From assembly GCF_006345805.1 (NCBI RefSeq), contig NW_021833686.1, forward strand, positions 1-55,448: 55,448 nt of DNA, read 5' to 3'. Position 1 is the first letter of the stretch. Each line of letters opens with the position of its first letter. This DNA comes from Octopus sinensis. Its lineage: Eukaryota. The notes under the pieces are model-generated. The model searched no databases, was not told the DNA's origin, and worked only from the letters and a program-made list of their open reading frames with translations. The position numbers were made by a program, and so were the translations under genes. Shown here one piece after another: positions 11,176 through 24,304 of this stretch.

Positions 11176-12600
11176 CGGTGAGCTGGCAGAAGCGTTAGCA
11201 CGCCGGGCGAAATGCTTAGCGGTATTTCGTCTGTCGCTACGTTCTGAGTTCAAATTGTTTATCCTCTCTGTGTTTAGCCCCTTGTGGGTAGTAAAGAAAT
11301 AGGTATTTCGTCTGCCGTACGTTGTGAGTTCAAATTCCACTGAGGTCGACTTTGCCTTTCATCCTTTCGGGGTCGATAAATTAAGTACCAGTTACGCACT
11401 GGGGTCGATATAATCGACTTAATCCGTTTGTCTGTCCTTGTTTGTCCTCTCTGTGTTTAGCCCCTTGTGGGTAGTAAAGAAATAGGTATTTCGTCTGCCG
11501 TTACGTTGTGAGTTCAAATTCCACTGAGGTCGACTTTGCCTTTCATCCTTTTGGGGTCAATTAAATAAGTACCAGTTACACACTGGGGTCAATATAATTG
11601 ACTTAATCCGTTTGTCTGTCCTTGTTTGTCCTCTCTGTGTTTAGCCCCTTGTGGGTAGTAAAGAAATAGGTATTTCGTCTGCCGTTACGTTGTGAGTTCA
11701 AATTCCACTGAGGTCGACTTTGCCTTTCATCCTTTTGGGGTCAATTAAATAAGTACCAGTTACACACTGGGGTCGATATAATCGACTTAATCCGTTTGTC
11801 TGTCCTTGTTTGTCCTCTCTGTGTTTAGCCCCTTGTGGGTAGTAAAGAAATAGGTATTTCGTCTGCCGTTACGTTGTGAGTTCAAATTCCACTGAGGTCG
11901 ACTTTGCCTTTCATCCTTTCGGGGTCGATTAAATAAGTACCAGTTACGCACTGGGGTCGATATAATCGACTTAATCCGTTTGTCTGTCCTTGTTTGTCCT
12001 CTCTGTGTTTAGCACCTTGTGGGTAGTAAAGAAATAGGTATTTCGTCTGCCGTTACGTTGTGAGTTCAAATTCCACTGAGGTCGACTTTGCCTTTCATCC
12101 TTTCGGGGTCGATTAAATAAGTACCAGTTACGCACTGGGGTCAATATAATTGACTTAATCCGTTTGTCTGTCCTTGTTTGTCCTCTCTGTGTTTAGCCCC
12201 TTGTGGGTAGTAAAGAAATAGGTATTTCGTCTGCCGTTACGTTGTGAGTTCAAATTCCACTGAGGTCGACTTTGCCTTTCATCCTTTCGGGGTCGATTAA
12301 ATAAGTACCAGTTACGCACTGGGGTCAATATAATTGACTTAATCCGTTTGTCTGTCCTTGTTTGTCCTCTCTGTGTTTAGCCCCTTGTGGGTAGTAAAGA
12401 AATAGGTATTTCGTCTGCCGTTACGTTCTGAGTTCAAATTCCACTGAGGTCGACTTTGCCTTTCATCCTTTCGGGGTCGATAAATTAAGTACCAGTTACG
12501 CACTGGGGTCGATATAATCGACTTAATCCGTTTGTCTGTCCTTGTTTGTCCCCTCTGTGTTTGGCCCCTTGTGGGTAGTAAAGAAATAGGTATTTCGTCC
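11176..12600 (+). repeat. Tandem array (about 8 x 184 bp) of a tRNA-derived SINE
   Basis: One head GGCGGTGAGCTGGCAG, then repeated B-box GAGTTCAAATTCC and core GCCTTTCATCCTTTCGGGGTCGAT. Confidence 0.9.
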
Positions 12601-14164
12601 TCCTTTATGGTCTGATTTGAAATTTTACCGAATAAATTTTGTAAAGAAAAAAAAATAATTAACCAAAGTTATAAAGAAAATGCTGAACAGGAATATTAAA
12701 GCGAGTTTAGTATTCGATCAGTGGTTTATTTTATCGACATCGTATGGGCAAAATGGAAAGCTGACCTTGACAGAATATTTAAAAAAAAATATAGCTAGAG
12801 GTATTTATCTGGGGTTGATAAAATAGCGATTCTTCCAACGTCTGCGAGAATGTTTAATTGAATATTTAGAATCTCAGTTAAATACTGAGATTTGAGTTAT
12901 TTATTATACACATATGGTGCTCAAAACAAGTGAGAGGTGGGGGAAACGGTCGTTTCCGTTAGAAACAGAGAGAGAAACCCGATAAACCCTAAACTAAATA
13001 CTATAAGGGGTTTAAAGTCCAACTACTACGCTATAAATCAGTCTAGCTCATTCACTAAAAACTAACGGTTAACATTTTATAGGCCGCAAACCGACGAAGC
13101 CTGCTAAATATACCACCCCAAAATCATCGCAGGACGTGTTAGATAATATGATCTTGTTTGCTGTACATAAGAGAAAGATAATTAAGGGTCGGAACGTTTT
13201 TGGTTTATAGGCTGTACGTATAAAAGCGTGATGTAAGCCGGTTCACAGACGTATTTAACGGGGGTCGATTTGGGGCTTATTAATTTGTTACACCACGATA
13301 ATATTGATAATTAAACTGTGTAAATAATTAAATACTTAATATAGTTAGCGTTTTTTCTTCTACACGAGCAGAGGAAGTTAATATATAAAAAGATACAGAG
13401 AAATAAAGGAACTGTATGCCGGTTCATAGATGTATTTAACCGGGGTCGATTTGGGGCTTATAAATTATTTACACCAAGATAATATTGATAATTAAACTGT
13501 GTAAATAATTAAACACTTAATATAGTTAGCGTTTTTCTTCTACACGAGCAGAGGAAGTTAATATATAAAAAGATACAGAGAAATAAAGGAACTGTATGCT
13601 GGTTCATAGATGTATTTAACCGGGGTTGATTTGGGGCTTATAAATTTGTTACACCAAGATAATATTGATAATTAAACTCTGTAAATAACACAACGTAACA
13701 ATTTTCGGATCTTTTGGGTTTGAACGGCAGTTTTTAACATAATTTCTAGGTAACTAAAAAATGTTAAACTTTGTATACTGGTAGAATGTGTTTATAAAAC
13801 ATCTTTTTCTCTTGGCTTTATTGAGAAAATTCTATAGATTGTAAGATATTTGTTGGTGTGTTTATGTCCCCGTCACTTACAAAGAATAAGTGCTGGGGTC
13901 GAGTTGCTGGATTAAAGGTGGTGCTCCAGCATGGCTGCAGTCAAATGACTGAAACAAGTAAAAGAGAGAGAGTATGTGTTACATTGTGTAATTTGATCTT
14001 GTTTGCTGTACATAACAGAAAGATAATTAGGGTCGGAACGTTTTTGGTTTATAGGCTGTACATATAAAAGCGTGATGTAAGCCGGTTCATAGATGTATTT
14101 AACCGGGGTTGACTTGGGGCTTATAAATTTGTTACACCAAGATAATATTGACAATTAAACAGAG

Positions 14165-15308
14165 GAATCTTTTCATTTTGAACGGCAGACGTCAACACAA
14201 TTTCTAGTTAACTAAACACTTTTAAACTTCGTATAGTGGTAGAATGTGTTCATAAAACATCTTTTTCTCTTGGCTTTATTGAGAAAATTCTATAGTTTGT
14301 AAGATATTTTGTCTGAAAATCCGAGCATTTCGGCAATTTTAACCAATCGATTACCTCCATTCAACTAAAATTATTTGCTGCGTCTAAAACTGAGACAACA
14401 TCCTGTAACTAACCCTAAACCTAACCCTAACCCTAAATTTTTTTTCTTAATTGTTAAATTAATTTAATTCCATTGCTTTAGTTTTTTTTTACTCGCGTAA
14501 CAATTAAATTAATTTAACAAGTAAGAAAAAAAAATTTAGAGTTAGGGGGTAGGTTTAGGGTTAGTTACAGGATGTTGTCTCAGTTTTAGACGCAGCAAAT
14601 GATTTTAGCTCAAAAGAGAGCATAGGATTGGTTAAAATTCGAAAAATTAAACTACGTTAAACAAACAAATTACAGTTTTCTCAAGAAAACCAAGAGAAAA
14701 AAATGTTTTATTTTGACACATTCTACCAGTATATGAAGTTTTAAAGAGTTTAGTTAACTAGAAATTGTGTTGAAATCTGGCCTTCAAAAGGAAAAGATTT
14801 TAAAATGTTTTATTTTTACACATTCTACCAGTATACGAAGTTTTAAAGTGTTTAGTTAACTAGAAATTGTGTTGAAATCTGGCCTTGAAAAGGAAAAGAT
14901 CCAAAAAGGTTTTATTTTGACACATTCTACCAGTATACGAAGTTTTAAAGTGTTTAGCTAACTAGAAATTGTTGAAATCTGGCCTTGAAAAGGAAAGGAT
15001 CCAAAAATGTTTTATTTTGACACATTCTACCAGTATACGAAGTTTTAAAATGTTTAGTTAACTAGAAATTGTGTTGAAATCTGGCCTTGAAAAGGAAAAG
15101 ATCCAAAAAGGTTTTATTTTGACACATTCTACCAGTATACGAAGTTTTAAAGTGTTTAGCTAACTAGAAATTGTTGAAATCTGGCCTTGAAAAGGAAAGG
15201 ATCCAAAAATGTTTTATTTTGACACATTCTACCAGTATACGAAGTTTTAAAATGTTTAGTTAACTAGAAATTGTGTTGAAATCTGGCCTTGAAAAGGAAA
15301 AGATCCAA
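14165..15308. repeat. Long-TIR palindromic MITE (14165-14800) whose right arm is amplified as about 6 x 102-bp tandem units
   Basis: Central hairpin at 14337-14640. Units ...GACACATTCTACCAGTATACGAAG...GGAAAAGATCC recur about every 102 bp. Confidence 0.75.
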
Positions 15309-15684
15309 ATTGTGTAAATAATTAAACACTTAATATAGTTAGCGTTTTTCTTCTACACGGGCAGAGGAAGTTAATATATAAAAAGATACAGAGAAATAAA
15401 GGAACTGTATGCCGGTTCATAGATGTATTTAACCGGGGTTGATTGGGGTTTATAAATTTGTTACACCAAGATAATATTGATAATTAAACTGTGTAAATAA
15501 TTAAATACTTAATATAGTTAGCGTTTTTCTTCTACACGAGCAGAGGAAGTTAATATATAAAAAGATACAGAGAAATAAAGGAACTGTATGCCGGTTCACA
15601 GATGTATTTAACCGGGGTTGATTTGGGGCTTATAAATTTGTTACACCACGATAATATTCACAATTAAACTGTGTAAATAATTAA

Positions 15685-15903
15685 CCCTTTAGTGTTTAAA
15701 CTGGCCAAATCCGGCCCAATATATTCTACATATTTTATATTCAAACTGGCCATATCCAACCTCTCACACCTAACCTACATTGACAGTCTAAAAATAAACA
15801 ATCACATCATTGAAACCTCAAAGCTATGAGATAATGCATGATTAATTAAAAACAATTTAAATAAAAAAGCATTATATTTAACAGTAATCTGAACACTAAA
15901 GGG
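15685..15903. mobile_element. piggyBac-type MITE inserted in a 180-bp repeat unit
   Basis: TTAA-CCCTTTAGTGTT...AACACTAAAGGG-TTAA. Confidence 0.85.
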
Positions 15904-16189
15904 TTAAACACTTAATATAATTAGCGTTTTTCTTCTACACAAGCAGAGGAAGTTAATATATAGAAAGATACAGAGAAATAAAGGAACTGTATGCCGGTTC
16001 ATAGATGTATTTAACCGGGGTTGATTTGGGGCTTATAAATTTGTTACACCAAGATAATATTGATAATTAAACTGTGTAAATAATTAAACACTTAATATAG
16101 TTAGTGTTTTTCTTCTACACAGGCAGAGGAAGTTAATATATAAAAAGATACAGAGAAATAAAGGGTCAATTAAGAGCTTAATTACGTAC

Positions 16190-16330
16190 CTGCGTCCAAA
16201 GGAAAAAGTTTCGAACTTAGGAAAGCTAGGTGCGTTAGAAACAACAGGACCTTCCCATTTGTCTCTCTTGCCTTGTCACATGTCTTTTCTTTTGTGACCA
16301 ACCAATGAGATACCCTTGCTAGAAATAGCT
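16190..16330 (-). promoter_or_regulatory. Probable ESD-B promoter and non-coding first exon
   Basis: Inverted homolog of 20300-20441. CCAAT at 16302, donor GCAG|GTACGT at 16189. Confidence 0.55.
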
Positions 16331-16868
16331 CCTAAATTTCATTCAAATTAGAGTGCAAATAACCGCTCCACTAGTTTTCGCTTTGGTTGTTTGTAATTTA
16401 GAATAAAAATTACCATGGTTCAATTAGTAAATAGGTTAACATTGACATTCATGCAAGTGCAATGTGGGTCTATCGTGTACCTTGACTACGAACTGGTATT
16501 TATCTTCATTGTGTCTGAACATTCTTCTAGCGTCCTATTATAGACCTCTTTCTATACTCTGCATTTTATGCACACACATACACTTTGTATACATGACGGC
16601 CTATTCTTTTATTCTTTTATTCTTTTATTCTTTTATTCTTTTACTTGTTTCAGTCATTTGACTGCGGTCGTGCTGGAGCACCGCCTTTTTTTAGTCGAGC
16701 AAATCGACCCCGGGACTTATTCTTTGTAAGCCCAGTACTTATTCTATCGGTCTCTTTTGCCGAACTGCTAAGTGACGGGGACGTAAACACCGGTTGCATC
16801 GGTTGTCAAGCAATGCTAGGGGGACAAACACAGACATACACACACACATTCACACACACACACACACA

Positions 16869-16934
<66 letters not shown>

Positions 16935-17830
16935 GACAGGCTTCTTTCAGTTTCCGTCTACCAAATCCACTCACAAGGCATTGGTCGGCCTGAGGCTATA
17001 GTAGAAGACACTTGCCCAAGGTGCCACGCAGTGGGACTGAACCCGGAACCATGTGGTTGGTAAACAAGCTACTTACCACACGATGGGCTTCTTTCAGTTT
17101 CCGTCTACCAAATCCACTCAAAAGGCTTTGGTCGGCCCGGGGCTATAGCAGAAGACACTTGCCCAAGATGCCATGCAGTGGGACCGAACCCGGAACCATG
17201 TGGTTGGTAAACAAGCTACTTACCACACGATGGGCTTCTTTCAGTTTCTGTCTACCAAATCCACCCAAAAGGCTTTGGTCGGCCCGGGGCTATAGCAGAT
17301 GACACTTGCCCAAGATGCCACACAGTGGGACCGAACCCAGAACCATGTGGTTGGTAAAAAGCTACTTACCACACGATGGGCTTCTTTCAGTTTCTGTCTA
17401 CCAAATCCACCCAAAAGTCTTTGGTCGGCCCGAGGCTATAGCAGAAGACACTTGTCCAAGATGCCACGCAGTGGGACCGAACCCGGAACCATGTGGTTGG
17501 TAAACAAGCTACTTACCACACGATGGGCTTCTTTCAGTTTCTGTCTACCAAATCCACCCAAAAGTCTTTGGTCGGCCCGAGGCTATAGCAGAAGACACTT
17601 GTCCAAGATGCCACGCAGTGGGACCGAACCCAGAACCATGTGGTTGGTAAACAAGCTACTTACCACACGATGGGCTTCTTTCAGTTTCTGTCTACCAAAT
17701 CCACCCAAAAGTCTTTGGTCGGCCCAAGGCTATAGCAGAAGACACTTGTCCAAGATGCCACGCAGTGGGACCGAACCCAGAACCATGTGGTTGGTAAACA
17801 AGCTACTTACCACACAGCCACTCCTGCGCC
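16935..17830 (-). repeat. Tandem array (about 6 x 147 bp) of a CORE-like tRNA SINE
   Basis: Unit ATGTGGTTGGTAAACAAGC...GGGACCGAACCC(A/G)GAACC. Single copies at about 3760, 26700, 35150, 38685 and 49620. Confidence 0.88.
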
Positions 17831-18288
17831 TATTATTATGTCTATTATTATGTTAACATGTCTTATGTTAACATAAGTAGAATCCTTCTCTTATACATTC
17901 TACATTCTATATGTGACACACAGACACACATGTTAACATATAAATAAAATCTTCTCTTATACATTCTACCGGTTGTGTCTCTCTTTTCCTTCTGGCACTT
18001 TTACTCATTCATACTTTTCATATTTATTATAGTCGACCGTGTGGTGGTACTAAAGGAGCCATCCTCGTCACCTCTCCTTTGTACGGTCCTGTGTAACACA
18101 TCTGATATACAGGACGGACATATATCCTTGGCGTCCAAGCCTCATATACGATTCACATTCTCAAATTTTTTCAACTACCAGAGTAACTTGAGACTTATGA
18201 AAGCAAAGGTTTATATAACTCAGAACATTTGAAACAAGGGCTATCTAAAAAAGCTCCAGAACAGTGATGGAGGTTTAGGATAAATTTA

Positions 18289-18712
18289 GGATCTTTTCGG
18301 TTTGAAGGGCAGTTTTTAAAAATAATTTCCACGTAACTAAACACTTTTAAACTTCGTATACTGGTAGAATGTGTTTATAAAACATCTTTTTCTCTTGGCT
18401 TTATTGAGAAAATTCTATAGTTTGTAAAATATTTGTTGCTTTTTTCCTTCAATTTCTGCAATTTCAACCAATCAATGACGTCTATTGAGGTGAAAACATT
18501 CTGTGCCGTATGAATATGTCCCTCGTTTAAGAAACAGACTGGGTTTATTTACATTTGCGAAGAAAAAAAGATACCCTTTCCCCACCCCTAACCCTAACTA
18601 ACCCTAACCCTAAAACAGATTGAAATGCAATAGAGCGATACTAGGGTCATAATTATGGGTGACAATTTCATATGAAGCTAGAAAAAACTGCCGTTCAAAC
18701 AGAAAAGATCCC
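18289..18712. mobile_element. MITE with GGATCTTTTC(G/T)GTTTGAA TIRs and internal (TAACCC)n; fragments at 9400-9750, 13705-13850, 18805-18920
   Basis: GGATCTTTTCGGTTTGAAGGGCAGTTTT...AAAACTGCCGTTCAAACAGAAAAGATCC. Confidence 0.75.
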
Positions 18713-18974
18713 AAATTTCTGAAAATGCTTTGGACAGGCAAAGAGTTAATGTCACAGATAGCCTCACTGTGAAAATATACTTTGAGTAACATAATAAACT
18801 GAGGATCTATTCCCTTTGAACGGTAGATCGAGAAATTAATTTTTTGTAACTAAACACTTTCAAACTTCGTATAGTGGTAGAAAGTGTCATATAAAACATC
18901 TTTTACTCTTAGCGTTTTTGAGAACGTGGAAATAACTACAAATATAATGTATTGTGTCTGACCCACGTAACACT

Positions 18975-19940
18975 TATTTCTTTATTGCCCACAAGGGGCT
19001 AAATATGGAGGGGACAAACAAGGACAGACAAACGGATAAAGTCGATTACATCGACCCCAGTGCGTAACTGGTACTTAATTTATCGACCCCGAAAGGATGA
19101 AAGGCAAAGTCGACCTCGGCGGAATTTGAACTCAGAACGTAACGGCAGACAAAATACCTATTTCTTTATTGCCCACAAGGGGCTAAATATAGAGGGGACA
19201 ACAAGGACAGACAAAGGCATTAAGCCGATTACATCGACCCCAGTGCGTAACTGGTACTTAATTTATCGACCCCGAAAAGATGAAAAGCAAAGTCAGCCTC
19301 GGCGGAATTTGAACTCACAACGTAACAGCAGACAAAATACCTATTTCTTTATTACCCACGAGGGGCTAAACACACAAAGTACAAACGAGGACAGACAAAC
19401 GGATTAAGTCGATTATATCGACTCCAGTACGTAACTGGTACTTAATTTATCGACCCTGAAAGGATGAAAAGCAAAGTCGGCCTCGGCGGAATTTGAACTC
19501 AGAACGTAACGGCAGACAAAATACCTATTTCTTTACTACCCACAAGGGGCTAAATACAGAAAGTACAAACGAGGACAGACAAACGGATAAAGTCGATTAC
19601 ATCGACCCCAGTGCGTAACTGGTACTTAATTTATCGACCCTGAAAGGATGAAAGGCAAGTCGGCCTCGGCGGAATTTGAACTCACAACGTAACGGCAGAC
19701 GAAATACCTATTTCTTTATTACCAACAAGGGGCTAAACACACAAAGTACAAACAAGGACAGAAAAAGGGATTAAGTCGATTATATCGACTCCAGTACGTA
19801 ACTGGTACTTAATTTATCGACCCCGAAAGGATGAAAGGCAAAGTCGGCCTCGGCGGAATTTGAACTCAGAACGTAACGGCAGACGAAATACTGCTACGCA
19901 TTTCGCCCAGCGTGCTAACGTTTCTGCCAGCTCGCCTTAT
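18975..19940 (-). repeat. Tandem array (about 5 units) of the same SINE
   Basis: Repeated GACCCCGAAAGGATGAAAGGCAAAGTCG, ending CTGCCAGCTCGCC. Confidence 0.9.
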
Positions 19941-20299
19941 TATTGTTTTGTTTTTTTTTGTAAAGTCAGACGAAATGGTGCTAAACATTTTGCCCGGCGC
20001 GCTAACTATTCTGCCAGCTCACCCCCTCTAGACCCACGTAACACTTGCATGAATGTTAATATTAACCTATTTTCTGTATGAACGAGATAAGAAAGTAATT
20101 TTTATTCTAGATTACATCGAACACGAAAAAACTAAAGCAAAGCCGATCTCGGTTTTTGAATCAACTATCATAATACGAAAGTACTCTTCTATCGGAATCT
20201 GTAACACAAGCAACAAAAGCGAAAACTAGCGGGGCTCGTATTCTACACCTACGCTCCAATTTGAATGAAATTTAGGAGCTATTTCTAGCAAGGGCCTGT

Positions 20300-20441
20300 G
20301 ACCATATTGTGGCTTCTCATTGGCTGGTCACAAAAGAAAAGAAATGTGACAAGGCAAGAGAGACAAATGCGAATGTCCTGTTATGTTTCTAACGCAGTTA
20401 TCTTTCCTTAGTCAATTCAAAAGTTTTTCCTTTGGTCGCAG
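20300..20441 (+). promoter_or_regulatory. Probable ESD-A promoter and non-coding first exon ending CAG|GTACGT
   Basis: Non-repetitive block mirrored at 16190-16330. ATTGG (CCAAT box) at 20319 and a strong donor at 20442. Coding exon 1 begins with an acceptor, so an upstream exon is required. Inference, no transcript data. Confidence 0.55.
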
Positions 20442-21689
20442 GTACGTAATTAAGATCTTAATTGGCCGTTTATTTCTCTGTATCTTTTTATATATTAACT
20501 TCCTCTGCCTGTGTAGAAGAAAAACACTAACTATATTAAGTATTTAATTATTTACACAGTTTAATTATCAATATTATCGTGGTGTAACAAATTTATAAGC
20601 CCCAAATCAACCCCGGTTAAATACATCTATGAACCGGCATACAGTTCCTTTATTTCTCTGTATCTTTTTATATATTGACTTGCTCTGCTCGTGTAGAAGA
20701 AAAACCGCTAACTATATTAAGTATTTAATTATTTACACAGTTTAATTATCAATATTATCTCGGTGTAACAAATTTATAAGCCCCCAAATCGACCCCCGTT
20801 AAATACATCTGTGAACCGGCTTACATCACGCTTTTATACGTACAGCCTATAAACCAAAAACGTTCCGACCCTTAATTATCTTTCTCTTATGTACAGCAAA
20901 CAAGATCATATTATCTAACACGTCCTGCGATGATTTTGGGGTGGTATATTTAGCAGGCTTCGTCGGTTTGCGGCATATAAAATGTTAACCGTTTGTTTTT
21001 AGTGAATGAGCTAGACTGATTTATAGCGTAGTATTTGGACTTTAACCCCTTATAGTATTTAGTTTAGGGTTTATCGGGTTTCTCTCTGTTTCTAACAGAA
21101 ACGACCGTTTTCCCCACCTCTCACTTGTTTTGAGCACCATATGTGTATAATAAATAACTTAAATCTCAGTATTTAACTGAGATTCTAAATATTCAATTAA
21201 ACATTCTCGCAGACGTTGGAAGAATCGCTATTTTATCAACCCCAGATAAATACCTCTAGCTATATTTTTTTTTAAATATTCTGTCAAGGTCAGCTTTCCA
21301 TTTTGCCCATACGAGGTCGATAAAATAAACACTGATCGAATACTAAACTCGCTTTAATATTCCTGTTCAGCATTTTCTTTATAACTTTGGTTAATTATTT
21401 TTCTTTTACAAAATTTATTCGGTAAATTTTCGGCAAAATTTCAACTCAGAGCGGACGAAATACCGCTAAGCATTTTGTCCGGCGTGCTAAAGATTCTGGA
21501 CACTCCAATGACCAACTAGTACTTATTTTATCGAGCCTGAAAGGATGAAAAGCAAAGTTAGCCTCGGCGGAATTTGAACTCATAACGTAAAGACGGACGA
21601 AATACTGCTAAGCATTTCGTCTGGCGTGCTAACGTTTCTACCAGTTCGCCGTCTTTTAAAAATGTTATAATAATCCTTTGTGGAGGGGA

Positions 21690-22570
21690 ATAGTCGATTA
21701 CATCGACCCCACTGTTTCACAATTTATCAACCCTGTAAGGATGAAAGGTAAAGAATGCCTCGGCGGCATTTGAACTGGGAACGTAAAGATGGAGGTAATA
21801 CCTAATTCTTTACTACCCACAAGGGGCTAAACACAGAGGAGACAAACAAGGACAGACAAGGGGATTATGTGCATAACTGGTACTTATTTAATCGACCCCG
21901 AAAGGATGAAAGGCAAAGTCGACCTCAGTGGAATTTGAACTCACAACGTAACGGCAGAGACGAAATACCTATTTCTTTACTACCCACAAGGGGCTAAACA
22001 CAGAGGAGACAAACAAGGACAGGCAAACGGATTAAGTCAATTATATTGACCCCAGTGCGTAACTGGTACTTATTTAATCGACCCCGAAAGGATGAAAGGC
22101 AAAGTCGACCTCAGTGGAATTTGAACTCACAACGTAACGGCAGACGAAATACCTATTTCTTTACTACCCACAAGGGGCTAAACACAGAGGAGACAAACAA
22201 GGACAGGCAAACGGATTAAGTCGATTACATCGACCTCAGTGCGTAACTGGTACTTATTTAATCGACCCCGAAAGGATGAAAGGCAAAGTCGACCTCGACG
22301 GAATTTGAACTCAGAACGTAGCAGCAGACGAAATACCTATTTTTTTACTACCCACAAGGAGCTAAACACAGAGGGGGACAAGCAAGGGCAGACACACGGA
22401 TTAAGTCGTTTACATCGACCACAGTGCGTAACTGGTACTTATTTAATCGACCCTGAAAGGATGAAAATCAAAGTCGACCTCAGTGGAATTTGAACTCAGA
22501 ACGTAACGGTAGACGAAATACGGCTATGCATTTCGCCCGGCATGCTAACGGTTCTGCCAGCTCGCCACCT
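21690..22570 (-). repeat. Tandem array (4-5 units) of the same SINE, mirror of 11176-12600
   Basis: Same unit in the opposite orientation at the homologous position. Further copies at 1-520, 31170-32280 and 48640-49060. Confidence 0.9.
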
Positions 22571-23329
22571 TAATCTTCATAATCTTATCACTGCCTTTTC
22601 ACAAGAGCTTAGTGAGAACAGTACAAAGGGCAAGATAAGACACAGTTAAGGAAGGTGAGAAGAAAATTTATATAAAAAACGTATAAAAATAAGAATTTAG
22701 AAAAAATACCCTCAATGCCCTCATTATTGATGAGTAGCTCCCTAGAGACAATCAAGAAACCCTTAAAATCCTGGATAAGCTTAAGCACTAAGGGGCAGGT
22801 ACCTTTTCTCAGCTATCTTTCTCCTCCCCTGGTCTGCAGGCTATTTCTTGGGCAAGCTGTGGCCCTCGACATGTTGTGTGGCCCTCCTTGAGTGTCTTGG
22901 TCAGTGCTTTTCAAAACTTTTGCTGGGGTGGAACCCCAAGGAAACATTCCACTGGCTCGAGGAACCCCTGTGCAATAATTTAATAGTCTTATGCACACAT
23001 ATCTGCACAGGAGAATTAAAAATTACTGCCGATTTTAGCAGTTTTGTAACTTCTTGCAGAACTCCTGGACTGTACTGGCGGAACCCTGGTTGAAAACCAC
23101 TGGTCTAGGTTGATAATTTGCAGCATAACCTAAGAGCAGTGACATCTCAAATTCTTCTTAATACTGAAAATATAGTAAAGAATGTGAAAGGGCAAAAATC
23201 TCATTGATAGAGATAATGAAATTTGTTCTTTAATAAAATCTCAATGAATTTTCTTTCGTTTTCTTTTTGACCTCAATATTTTAATCTATTATTTATTTAC
23301 ACTAGTAATCATCATCATGATGGGTATAT

Positions 23330-23665
23330 TGGGCTTCATATATTTGTACCCGAGTGTCAGTTTGATGGCATGCACTGTTGAAAAGTCAAGAGATATGGTA
23401 AATAAAAAAGGTAGCAGTAGTACAAATAATTGTCGGAGCCCTGGGAACAGTGAGTAAAAATCTCGAGAAGTATGTGGAACAAATAGGGGCTGCAATAAGG
23501 GTGGAGTACTGGCAGAAAACAGCACTGCTTGGAACCGCTTGAATACTGTGGAAGGTGCTCAGAAAATAAGTGTTACTTTAGTTCACTGGTAGTGAACAGC
23601 CGACACCATAGTACATGTCCAGCGTTAGAAGCTGTGCAATGATAATAATAATGATAATAATAATT
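23330..23665 (+). mobile_element. R4/Dong-like non-LTR 3' end (RLE-domain C-terminus) ending in (TAA)n
   Basis: VVQIIVGALGTVSKNLEKYV...QKTALLGTA*IL.KVL with stops, followed by a TAA/TGA repeat tail. Confidence 0.7.
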
Positions 23666-23738
23666 TAATGTTAATAAAATGTGAAATGCTTGGGGCATGA
23701 CTTTTGGCCCATTCTCTGTGTCTGTCTGTCTATGTATG

Positions 23739-23786
<48 letters not shown>

Positions 23787-23851
23787 TACTAATATAAGAT
23801 TAAGTATTTTTACAGAAAAAAATTTCATCAAAATGTGGCAGCATATTAAAA

Positions 23852-24190
23852 GGTTAAAAGGTGATCTCATTCTTGCTCACAACATCATAAGCGGGAAGTG
23901 TAACCTCTCGAAAGAGCTGTTCTTCGCTCCTGCTCCAGAGCGTCGGCTGCGGGGTCACTCCGAAAAGCTCTATCTGCGACGATTTCATCTCAATTGAAGG
24001 AGAGGGGCTTTCTCCGTCCGGGTTGCAGATCCGTGGAATAAGCTGCCGGACGAGATAGTGAAGATGCCAACGATTGCTCGGTTCAAAGTCTCCCTTGACC
24101 AGAAATGGCCTGAACTCTTTGCATGAACACCCTCCCTGTACATAACTCCATGTCCCCCTACATGACCTTGCTTTTTGCTTTTTGAGCCAA
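23852..24190 (+). mobile_element. CR1 LINE 3' fragment
   Basis: RGHSEKLYLRRFHLN.RRGAFSVRVADPWNKLP; same family as 28690-29580. Confidence 0.85.
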
Positions 24191-24213
24191 AAAATTAACT
24201 TATATACATATAT

Positions 24214-24276
<63 letters not shown>

Positions 24277-24304
24277 TACACACACATATATATACATATA
24301 TATA

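Larger units (their letters stand above)
13230..16165. repeat. About 180-bp tandem/dispersed unit (13230-13690, 14040-14160, 15310-16165); 2 inverted copies at 20470-20820
   Basis: TGTGTAAATAATTAAA(T/C)ACTTAATATAGTTAGCG...GGGGCTTATAAAT recurs. Confidence 0.8.

Noticed and set aside
17012-17856. 185-aa repetitive ORF
   Set aside because: The 147-bp SINE unit is a multiple of 3, so this is antisense SINE translation.
9500-18612. (TAACCC)n telomere-like repeats at about 9505, 9625, 14410 and 18590
   Set aside because: Short tracts internal to one MITE family, not interstitial telomere or fusion scars.
23815-23851. KKISSKCGSILK after an AG, vaguely like the ESD N-terminus
   Set aside because: The true first coding exon is at 25235-25305. 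This similarity is weak and abuts a CR1 fragment.
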